Shown: positions 54,155 to 64,000 of the stretch, in pieces
Numbering within the stretch: the first letter of the stretch is position 1
How the letters are laid out: each line of letters begins with the position of its first letter
Assembly (NCBI GenBank): GCA_028534125.1
Contig: CM052818.1
Location: 35,838,001 to 35,902,000, forward strand
Direction of reading: 5' to 3'
DNA: 64,000 nt
DNA from: Lama glama
Taxonomy: Eukaryota
Program-made: the position numbers and the translations under genes
Notes under the pieces: model-generated
The model's database searches: none
Seen by the model: only the letters and a program-made list of their open reading frames with translations
What the model was told of the DNA's origin: nothing

Positions 54155-54906
54155 GTACCCCAGAGTTTAATGTCTTGTTTGGTGACTAAAGGGGACACAA
54201 AGATAGGTCTCTCCTGCCCCTCAATCAATTTATTCAGTTAAAAAAATACATGGGTGCCTGCTGTGTGCTACATTCCGAAAATTCAAAGTTGATCTAGACC
54301 CCTATCCTCAAGGACCTGGGGGCAGGAGAGGTTTAGCTGAAGAAAGAAACAATTAAAATAATGTAATAAAGATCATAAGGTAATAAGCTCAAGATATTAT
54401 TCATGGGAGCGTAGCGGAGGGACACATAACTGAGGTTTCTGTATCAACTGAATGTAAATTGCCTGTAACTAAAATATTGTTCATCATATAGTCACCTTTG
54501 GAAACCAATTACATACCTTAAACATACAGAAATAAAACAAAAACATTTAGAAAGCACAGAATGTGAAAATCAAATACAACATAAATACCATATTATTAAT
54601 ATTCTTCTGGAGTGGTTACTTTGTAAGAACTGAACTGGCTGAGGAATCTTAAGAGTAAGGTTTAGAATACTGAAGAATCCTGTTTCAGTTTGAAAAGCCA
54701 AATTGATTAACTGGAATTGGAAAAATACACACAAAATTTCATAGTTCATAAATCTGAAGCACAGTATATAAAATGAATATTGTAAAATGGGATTATTCTT
54801 TAGTTTTTTGAAATGTACATTAAATAATAAAATCCTTATTTTTGAAAGCATCTTAAGTATATATGAAAAGTGATTAAAATTTAAGTTCATATAAGAAAAC
54901 TTCCAA

Positions 54907-55074
54907 ACAAGTTTATACTGTATAGCACAGGGAACTATATTCAATATCTTATAGTAACCTATAATGAAAAGGAATACATGTATGTTCATGTGTGACTGAA
55001 ACATTATGCTGTACACCAGAAACTGACACAACATTATAAACTGACTATACTTCAATCTTAAAAAATGAAAAAAA
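54907..55074 (+). mobile_element. Short 5'-truncated lineage-specific L1 3' end
   Basis: tgtatagcacagggaactatattcaatatc...A tail. The 14-bp TSD aagaa(a/t)acttccaa lies at 54893-54906 and 55075-55088. Confidence 0.92.
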
Positions 55075-56129
55075 AAGAATACTTCCAATTAATTTGCTGT
55101 ACCTTTCACACCTGCAACTATGCTATCTTATATTACCAAATAATATAAAAATTTAGGATCTATGTTCATAGTGTGAAATATGACCACTAAATTTAAACAT
55201 TAAAAAATCATTAACTTAAGAATAACAGTTAAATCTTAATCAGATAGTGAAAATAGTAACTAAAACAGAATCTTCTTTTATTTTGGCTTGGGTCTTGTGT
55301 TTAAGGAGATCTTCTAAATTTCCAGTAGTCTGAGAATTTATAATATTTCATAACTCTATCAGATTAGCATACTGACAACTAGTATATAAAAATTGTTGTT
55401 AATATTATTGCATGATATTTTCTTCTTTGAGTTAGTTATTAGAAAGAAAAGCATTTTCCAACATTAATTAAACTGATAATATTATTAAATGCATACAATC
55501 TCATAATTTACCACAAGTATTCTTTATCAATTAATAAACCTATTATCTCCATATCAGGCACAAAGTAAACATCTGTTAAACAAATGAACATAATGTTCAC
55601 AGGCCTAAGAATTCTGTAGTCAGAAGTCTTATGACCTTGCTCCCAAACCCCACTTCAATATGGACACTGCCAAAGGTGTACTTTTTTAATGGAGATTTAG
55701 AGATTTTCCTTTGGGGCTATCGGGGCCCTCCATATATACTACCTCTAAGAAACTATATTACTAGTATCATGCTAATATTTCATGAAATAATTGGAGCAAA
55801 TTATTAGAGATCTCTGTTGTACCCATAAAAGCCTTGTATTCAAATATAAATACACTGCTGCCAAGCTAAAAGCTCAACCACCTCTGTGCAGAAGCCAGAA
55901 AGCTAAAAAGGCCCTAAGAAATCAATCAGGATGCCACAGAGCCACACTGGGTCCCCTGTAAATTTAACAAGGAATAACTAATATCCATAAGTAAGTCATG
56001 TCACTTCTAGAAGCTTCAATTTCCTCACCTGTGAAAAATGGAGGCTGGTCACTCCAGGATTCTATAGAAAGCAAAACAAATTTACCTTCAATATTCTGTC
56101 AGAAGGTAAGATGCATCAGAAGCCCTATA

Positions 56130-56298
56130 AAAATGGTTTTTAACATTGTTTGGGTGATGGACAGCTTTGAGATTCCAATAAAAGCTGGATGCTTCATCTT
56201 AAAAGAATTTCCACATGGACAAAACTTTGTATACAGTATCAGGAAAGTTTAATGACCCTCTGAAGTGGTCTATGGAACTCATGTTAGAAATTTCTATT
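56130..56298 (+). mobile_element. Charlie4z-like hAT element
   Basis: tggtttttaacattgtttgggtgatggacagctttgagatt...caaaactttgtatacagtatcagg...gaccctctgaag; ~170 bp. Confidence 0.6.
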
Positions 56299-57666
56299 CT
56301 GTAAATTTAAATAGAATTCAATAAATTGGGGATATGTTAATAAGTTTGAAAACAGAGTAGCACTTTGTACTTAAATCTTTTGATTTTTTTTAAACAAACT
56401 AAATTTCAAACAATAGTAAAGATGAATCAACTATTTTTATGATTATCAAAGAGAAACATAGTTTTGAAGAACTGAAAACTACTAGCTCAGGTAATTAAAC
56501 TATGCTGGTAAATCAGAGTTCCAGATAAGTGATACCCAAAACCATTTTGATTATATGTCAATCTCAATTCTAATGAAGCAATGATAATGAAAATATTTAC
56601 TTAGAATTCCAAATTTAAACAAACATGTTCTTGTGATTCTTTTTATTTAGACAGTCCATTTGGAGACAGGCCTTCAATAAAAATATAAACTAAGTGCAAA
56701 ATATTTAATTGTTAAATGGCTTAAATTTCTGAAAGATTAAATAGCAATCATGTATTTTAAGAGTTGAACACAGTCTAATCACATCTTAATTTATAATTAA
56801 GATTAAGTCTATTAAACTGCAACATAAAATTGCTCATTATTTGTATTACTAAGAAAATTAAAGAGTTTTCCAATGTAAAGAGAAAGAAAGTAGAGGTGCC
56901 TGACCTATCACATGGAGGGAAAGAAGGAACAGTTTTACAATTCTCTAGAGACTAATTAAATCCAGGCAAATAATACTGGTGTTAAGATTTTATAAATCAT
57001 CCTCAGAATAAGCCAAAAGGATACTAATATCTGCTCACACAGTAGTTCAACATAGAATTTTTGGGCAAGCTTCTCTTAGGATTTCTATTGTTCAAAATGG
57101 GTCCCTGGAGAACCAGCAAGAAGAAATTCTATGATTATTTTCTGATGCAACTTTCTAGTACTGGATTTAAGGGGAAAAATGGCTCTGTCCCAATTATGAT
57201 GGCAATATCCCTATCAGGAATATAAAAGTAAAATGGCTACAATTTCTGATGTATACCTTTTTTGTATTTTTAGTTAAACAATATCTAATTTTCTTAAGGA
57301 AGTTTTTTTCATTAAGTTATAAAGTCATAAATTAAACCTTATTATAAATCACAAATTACATTTCGTAAAGCTCGAAAGAGAAAAACATTTAAACACATTT
57401 ATATATCCTACTTACAGTCACATGAAATTCTATATTCTCCAATGTTTCACTTACAAATTACTCAGGGATTGTGAATATACCACTGTTTACTTGAATAATT
57501 GTTCATTTACCAGGAAATGAAGCAAATATCTGGAACTTAGTATACTGTCATCCTTATAAGCCTAATTTATCTTCTAGATTCTTACTTCTGTTTATCAAAG
57601 AATGATTCACTTACTAAAAATTACAAATTAATCAGTAGCAGAGTTAAATTAGAATCTATATTCAAT

Positions 57667-57699
57667 CAGAAATTGACTATACTTCAATTTTTTAAAAAA
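57667..57699 (+). mobile_element. Ultra-short L1 3' terminal insertion
   Basis: cagaaattgactatacttcaat plus tail, between 16-bp repeats agaatcta(t/g)att(c/t)aat at 57651-57666 and 57700-57715. Confidence 0.7.
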
Positions 57700-58336
57700 A
57701 GAATCTAGATTTAATGCTTCTCTCCTTTTCACTTGTTTCTTTAGATTTCTAAGAAATCCTACTTAGAGCTGCAGATATATTGGGGGAGGTCCTATAGAGC
57801 CTTATAGATTTCATATGTAAATGCCTCTATGCCTGATAGCAGGAAACCAGTTCAAAAAATTGGGGTTTTACTTCCAAGATTTGTCACTAACCTGCTTTTG
57901 TGACATCAGGTATAGAACAATGTCTTAGGAACTCAGTTTTTGCTATCTGTAAAATAAGGATATTGGAGATGATTTCCAAGGTCATTTCCAATTAAAACAC
58001 TTAGGAAGTCTACATTTATGAAATACATGAATGAGTAGCAGAATTAGAGTTAAGTCCATTTGAGACTATAGACACAGGTATGTATATAGGAATAGAAAAT
58101 AGTAGAGAAATGTGCAAAAAAATTGTTTATATTTAAAGTTTCCTTTCACAATTTAGGTTTGCACTTAATGATTTAACAGGCCCAGAAAGCCCACTACTGT
58201 CATCCAAATCCCCAGCACCCTCCTTTCATGCTGTCACTATTCTAATGTCCACGGGAGTACAATCTAAGAGTGTCTTGCCTCCCGATATAACGATTCCCAT
58301 ATCGGGTTTAAGATGAACTGATCAGTCCACCTAGAT

Positions 58337-58560
58337 CTGGGGTTGGCAAACTTTTCAGCAAAGAGCCAGATAGTAAATATTTCAGGTTTTACAAGCTAGC
58401 CAATCTCTGTGGCAACTACTCAACTCTGCCTTTGAAGTGCAAAGGCAGCCACATATTATACATAAACAAATGAGCATGGTGGTTTTGCTCTAATAAAGCT
58501 TTATCAAAAAACAGGCTATGGGCAGGATTTGGCCCATAGGCTGTAGTGTGCCAACTCCTG
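58337..58560 (-). mobile_element. MER58A-like hAT-Charlie element
   Basis: 224 bp with TIRs ctggggttggcaaac ... gtgtgccaactcctg; internal gccagatagtaaatatttcagg. Confidence 0.9.
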
Positions 58561-59809
58561 GTCTTGATAACACCAAGAAACAAGATGGTATAAACCAACT
58601 ATTTGAAAATTGTTCAGAGTCCTTTCACAGCCTAGTATAAAAGAGAGCATGATATAGTAAAAAGTACCTATGCAAGTATTCAATACATATTAGATGCTTA
58701 CTAAATATAGATTTCCTTTTCATTCTCAGCAGTGTCATCCCTCAAGATTTACTTCTAGAAATCACTTATTCTGGCCCCATGACAAGAGCTGGCCTTTGAT
58801 TCTTCTTGACCTTGGCAAATATGTTCCTGGTACCCTGTATCAAGATTTTAGTGCACCTTCATTCCTTTCCCCACCACCCCCATTAATCCGAAGCAGCAAC
58901 TTCACAACCTTATCCATCTGAGCCTCAAATGTCAGTATTACTGTCACTCATTAATGGCCCAGGGAAGATGGTAAAGAAATAGAGAAGGAAGGCAGACAAA
59001 GAGGTTAGATTCAGGTGCACAGGTGAGCGGTAGCATTACCTCCTTTCCTGACTCTAAAAAGGAGCCAGGTGCTAACTTACTGTTAATTTAAATGAAAATA
59101 TTGTCTACTCTAGTGAGAACAAAGAACGTTTCACTTTATGCAAAGTGCTCCCTAATGAAAGAACTCAGGTCTAACAAGGGAAAAAAACACAATAAAGCTT
59201 TATTCTTATGCTTTTATTTAGATCACTCTGCCTCCAGCTGTGAAACTGACTGATGTTTTTAAAGCTCCAAGGAGCCTCTACTAGTAACCATGGTTACTGC
59301 TTCAAAACAGTACAAAAAAAAAAGTAGGAGGGGATAGCAATTTGAGGAGAAAAACAGTTTTCCTGATTTTCACCAAATGAAGCTACATATAGTAACAAGA
59401 GACAGGCTGATGGCTGGGCAAGAGCCTCAAGATTGTCACTGAGGTGCTTGAGTTCTCAGCTCCACAAGTCTAGTACGTTACTGGATCATTTTATCTTATC
59501 CAAGGGTGGTCTCCAAAAGCAAATTTAGTCATTTACAATGAACAGTATTTTACAAACTCAACTAATATCCTTGCCAGGAAGTCAGTGAATTTCCTTTCTA
59601 GCAGAGTAGTTTACTAGGGGGAAAAAAATTAAAAGCACAAGGTTCCTTAGACGTATATGAATCTGAACCTAAGACAGTTTTAATATATACAGTTTTAATA
59701 TAAAGCTGCCCAAGTAATTCTTCTCATCCTCTGTTAGTCAAAACGTTTTCATCAGATGTTCAAATTCCTTAGTAACCTTTCAGTTACTTAATAACCTTCT
59801 CAGTTATTA

Positions 59810-59980
59810 AATAATTCATACCTATGCAGTGCCTATCATGTTCTAGGCACTGCATAAGATAATGGATACATCACAATAAAGAAAATAGATACAACTCATG
59901 CTTTTATGGAGCTTACAATCTAATGGGAAGAGAGACATTAAATACACAATTGCAAATTGTGTTAATGTGCTAGGAAGGTA
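59810..59980 (-). mobile_element. L2 fragment
   Basis: gtgcctatcatgttctaggcactg...atggagcttacaatctaatgggaagagagaca. Confidence 0.7.
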
Positions 59981-60027
59981 AAAAATCTAAACGCTATTTA
60001 TTGGGATATCAAGAAAAGCTTTTTAGA

Positions 60028-61230
60028 GGACGCCAAGATGGCAGAGTAGGAGGACACTTGTAGCTCACCCTCTACCACAGATACACCAAGACTCACATCC
60101 ACGGACCCACTCAGCCAACCAGAGCACCTCCGGAACTCCAACAGAACACTGTCCTCTTCAAAAGACAAAGATGCCAAAAATCTGGTAGGAGAAAGGAAAA
60201 AAAGAAAGACGAATAGGCAAAACGGTGTGGGACCGGTCCCGCAGGGAAAGAGCGGCAAATGAGGACTGGCACTCCTTCACTGGGTCTCCACCCTCCAACG
60301 GAGAGGCCAGCAGGACGGAAGGGGAGCTTCCGAGGCTCGGATCTGTACGGAGTAGCCCTTGATCAAAAGAACCTAAGTTAAACGGGCACAGAGGGTCCCT
60401 GCGACACACAGCCCGAGACCTGAGCTGGGCGCTGGGGGCCGGGACAGGCTGCTGGGCGGAGGACAGGGACGGCTGTACTGAAGGCACCCCTGGGGGACTG
60501 CAGGGTGCTGTGCAACGTGGATGAGTGCGTACACAGGGCAGAACTACCTGGGTCCTCCATAAAACAGCACGGCTGATGTGCCTTGAGGGGAAGAGTGCAT
60601 ACCCCATCTCTGAAAACCCACGGAAGGTTTTCGGGGAGAGGCGGGGCTTAAGTGCAGCCGCCATATCCTCCTGTGCTTGGCACCCAGGTGGTGGCAGGGG
60701 CGAAACCTGAATCTGCGCCTAGGGTCTCCACAGCCTCAAAGGCCAGACAGTGACTTCTTTGCAGCCCAAGTCAGATAGGATCCTTCCGCCCTGGTGCCTC
60801 GCAAAGTTCGCGCTGCCAGGACAAACAAGGAGCTGAGTTTGGACATGAAGCAGAGGCGGGGCTGTTCCGCAGTCTTCCAGGGGTCGCCTGCAGAGCGCCG
60901 ACCTGGGGCGGAGCACAGGGTGGCGCAGAGCTGCGGAGCTACCGGCTCAGGGAGATGGCGGGTGGCCCCCCTCCCCGAAGCGCGCAGCGACACAGAGCTG
61001 CGGAGCAACCAGCGCCAGGAGAGGGCGGGTGCCCCCACCCCCTTCCGGCAGGAAATCTGTGCTGGGAGGGGGTGCGATCGCCTTGCCGACAGGCACTGGG
61101 AGCAGCCCAGATGAGGGCGCCAATGGAGGGCCTCTGGAAATAGCAAGCTGTGTTCGCGAAACAGGGCGGAGACAGAAAGACTTCTCATTAAGAGCATACG
61201 GTCTCCAGGAAAACACCCCCGCCCCTCCCT
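60028..61230 (+). promoter_or_regulatory. L1 5'UTR internal promoter / CpG-rich island with a YY1-type motif
   Basis: This is the only extended GC- and CpG-rich stretch in the window. CAAGATGGC at 60034-60042 matches the YY1 site typical of L1 5' ends. Confidence 0.85.
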
Positions 61231-61254
61231 TTTTAATCTGTTTTTACCTGTTGT

Positions 61255-61925
61255 ATTTTCTATTACCTTTTTAATTTTTACTTTTTAAACAATTATATAT
61301 CCTCCCAGTTTTAATCTCTTTAAAATTTTTCTTTTAAAATAGTATTATTTTTAAAAATCCACATCATGTCATTTTTTCTCTCTTGGTTTTGATCTGTTAT
61401 TATACACTTTTCTCCTCTTTTAAAGGTTTTTAAGAGACAGCTCAACCTGATTGCTATTCTGCTTCAACTTGCTCTTCAATTATTCATTATACACTGTTTT
61501 CAAATCTTTTTTTCTCCCCCTTTTCAAAATTCTATCATATCTTTTTTAATGTTCTATTTTTTATTATCTTTTTAATTTCTACTTTCTAAACAATTGTATA
61601 TGCTTCTAGTATTAATTCCTTTTTAAATTTTTCTTTCTAAACAATTATATATGCTTCTAGTTTTAATTCCTTTTAAATTTTTCTTTTCAAGTAGTTATAT
61701 TATTTTTTAAAAAATCCACCTGATTTCATTTTCATTTCTTTTGGTTTTCATCTCCCGTTATTGATTATAAGTAGGTTTCAAATACCGTTTTTTGATCTTT
61801 TTTCTTTTAAGGGTTTTTTAAAAAAAGACGTCTCAACTCAAATGCTAGCCTGATTCAAAATGCACTTCTACAATTGATTATACACTGTTTTCAAACCTTT
61901 TTTTCTCCCTTCTTTTAAAATTCTC
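61255..61925 (+). repeat. T-rich duplicated segment in the L1 5'UTR (two long imperfect units; a nested ~51-bp tandem at 61582-61682)
   Basis: attatacactgttttcaaa(t/c)ctttttttctccc occurs twice (~61487 and ~61877). The aaacaatt(a/g)tatat unit occurs at ~61287, ~61588 and ~61639. Confidence 0.8.
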
Positions 61926-62051
61926 TTTCTCTGTCTCTCCTTTATTTTTTAAGTTTTATTCCTACATAAGCATTAGATAGGTAAATAAATAAACTCCTTT
62001 AAGGACCACAATAGATAACTGATACTCCATAAGCCACAGTGCCAGAGAGAT

Positions 62052-62332
62052 ATGAGCAAGATGAAGAAGCAGAGAAACCATTCCCAATTAAAAGAACAAG
62101 AGAAATCCCCTGAAAGAACGATCAATGAAATAGACATCAACAGCCTACTAGATCAAGATTTCAAAAAAGGAGTGATCAAAGTATTGAAGGAACTAAAAGA
62201 GATAGTGTTTAGAGATATAAAATATGTCAAAAATGAAATCAAAGCTATAAAGAAGAACCAAGTAGAATTAGTAAACTCATTTGCTGAGATGAGGACGGAT
62301 CTAAAGGCTGTGTAAAACACACTCGATAATGC
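62052..62332 (+). pseudogene. L1 ORF1p N-terminus with a premature stop at 62313-62315
   Basis: MSKMKKQRNHSQLKEQEKSPE...DFKKGVIKVLKELKE is a typical ORF1p start and coiled coil. TAA follows 87 codons. Confidence 0.85.
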
Positions 62333-62832
62333 NNNNNNNNNNNNNNNNNNNNNNNNNNNNNNNNNNNNNNNNNNNNNNNNNNNNNNNNNNNNNNNNNNNN
62401 NNNNNNNNNNNNNNNNNNNNNNNNNNNNNNNNNNNNNNNNNNNNNNNNNNNNNNNNNNNNNNNNNNNNNNNNNNNNNNNNNNNNNNNNNNNNNNNNNNNN
62501 NNNNNNNNNNNNNNNNNNNNNNNNNNNNNNNNNNNNNNNNNNNNNNNNNNNNNNNNNNNNNNNNNNNNNNNNNNNNNNNNNNNNNNNNNNNNNNNNNNNN
62601 NNNNNNNNNNNNNNNNNNNNNNNNNNNNNNNNNNNNNNNNNNNNNNNNNNNNNNNNNNNNNNNNNNNNNNNNNNNNNNNNNNNNNNNNNNNNNNNNNNNN
62701 NNNNNNNNNNNNNNNNNNNNNNNNNNNNNNNNNNNNNNNNNNNNNNNNNNNNNNNNNNNNNNNNNNNNNNNNNNNNNNNNNNNNNNNNNNNNNNNNNNNN
62801 NNNNNNNNNNNNNNNNNNNNNNNNNNNNNNNN

Positions 62833-63003
62833 ATAAAGAAGAGGTGGTATATTTATACAATGGAATACTACTCAGCCATAAAAACCGACAACATAACGCC
62901 ATTTGCAGCAACATGGATGCTCCTAGAGAATGTCATTCTAAGTGAAGTAAGCCAGAAAGAGAAAGAAAAATACCATATGAGATCGCTCATATGTGGAATC
63001 TAA
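62833..63003 (+). pseudogene. L1 ORF2p C-terminal end (rest hidden in the N gap)
   Basis: IKKRWYIYTMEYYSAIK...FAATWMLLENVILSEVSQKEKEKYHMRSLICGI* is the canonical ORF2p terminus. Confidence 0.9.
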
Positions 63004-63677
63004 AAAACAAACAAACAAAACATAAATACAAAACAGAAACAGACTCATAGACATAGAATACAAACTTGTGGTTGCCAAGGGGGCGGAGGGTGGGAAGGGA
63101 TAGACAGGATTTCAATATTGTAGAATAGATAAACAAGATTATACTGTATAGCACAGGGAAATATACACAAGATCTTATGTTAGCTCACAGAGAAAAAAAT
63201 GTGACAATTAATATATATATGTTCACGTATAACTGAAAAATTGTGCTCTACACTGGAATTTGACACAACATTGTAAAATGATTATAAATCAAAAAAAGTT
63301 TTAAAAAAAGAATAAAAATTTACATACTAAAAAGAAAAAAAAGAAAAGCTTTTTAGACATATATAAAGACTTAATGCTGATAGCTATTGATGGTGGGTAA
63401 TGGATACATAATGATTCAGTGTACTCTCTACTTTGGTATATGTTTAGAAATTCTCAAAATAAAAGTTAAAAAATAAAAGAAGTAAGAAGAGACCTGAAAG
63501 ATAAGTAGGTGTCAAATAGGCAAAGGATGTCAGAAAAGAGTGTTCTCTAGGCCAGAGAAAGAGAAGACCCATCAATCCAGAGAACCTGGGAGTTTGGCAC
63601 ACTGCAGGGATTAAAATCCCAGCAAAATCTAAAGATCTTTCAGATCCACAAGCTACAGATAAAAAATATTCTAAATA

Positions 63678-63885
63678 GTAATAATGAGAGCTGCCTTTCT
63701 TGAGCCTTCACTAAGCGCTGGGCAGTGTCATTCTTAAGTTAACATGCTTTGTTTCAGCCATGTCTGAGAACAACCTAAAGGGAGGCAGAATTATTCCCGG
63801 TTCTCAGAGGAGGAAGCAGATGCGTGGGGCAGCAGGTAACTTGCCTGGATCTATCTAATTCCAGAGCCTGTGCTTTTTCTTACCC
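63678..63885 (-). mobile_element. MIR
   Basis: attattcccggttctcagaggaggaagcagatgc...ggtaacttgcc...ccagagcctgtgc. Confidence 0.75.
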
Positions 63886-64000
63886 ACAGTCACACACCCT
63901 GCCTACCACATATCCAAATGCCATTATTAATTATTCAATTTTGCTCAAGAGTTCTAAATTCTCATTCTATTTCTACAATTAACTGACTTCATGCTTACAT

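Larger units (their letters stand above)
60028..63340 (+). mobile_element. Young LINE-1 with both termini (5'UTR, ORF1 start, N gap, ORF2 end, 3'UTR, A tail), antisense to NCOA1
   Basis: A perfect 17-bp TSD aagaaaagctttttaga lies at 60011-60027 and 63341-63357. The 5' end is GGACGCCAAGATGGC. ORF1 begins at 62052 and ORF2 ends at 63003. There are 500 Ns at 62333-62832. Confidence 0.97.

Noticed and set aside
60028..61230. CpG island as the native NCOA1 promoter
   Set aside because: It lies inside the L1 TSDs, begins with the L1 YY1 motif and leads to ORF1. The native promoter must lie beyond the window.
62153..63003. 253-aa and 224-aa ORFs
   Set aside because: They are open only because they cross 500 Ns.
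63079..63099. G-quadruplex-like tract (also 32320-32340)
   Set aside because: A standard feature of L1 3'UTRs, not specific to this locus.
1..64000. CRISPR arrays, operons or a prokaryote-type novel system
   Set aside because: The DNA is mammalian intron. I saw no regularly spaced repeat-spacer array and no gene cluster.

Overview
Mammalian genomic DNA, AT-rich and CpG-depleted. It is very probably camelid, because it carries two tRNA-Ala-derived Vic-1-type SINEs. The whole window lies inside the 5' part of NCOA1 (SRC-1, nuclear receptor coactivator 1) on the minus strand. Two coding exons are unambiguous: the start-codon exon (10563-10458) and the bHLH exon (3924-3758). A probable 5'UTR exon near 25434-25281 contains a uORF. 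The rest is intron filled with L1, L2, MIR, Vic-1, a MamSINE1-like element, MaLR/ERVL LTRs, hAT-Charlie elements and microsatellites, plus two N gaps. I found no novel multi-gene system, and almost all ORFs in the track are noise or repeat remnants. The most interesting signals involve retrotransposons. (i) A young L1 with both ends (60028-63340, perfect 17-bp TSD) lies antisense to NCOA1; its CpG-rich 5'UTR has antisense splice donors and an antisense ORF pointing into the gene, and its 3' end looks like a short transduction. (ii) A tailless internal L1 endonuclease fragment with a perfect 16-bp TSD (30521-31425) suggests internal priming. Repeat subfamily names come from recalled consensus sequences, not from a search, and boundaries of old repeats are approximate.
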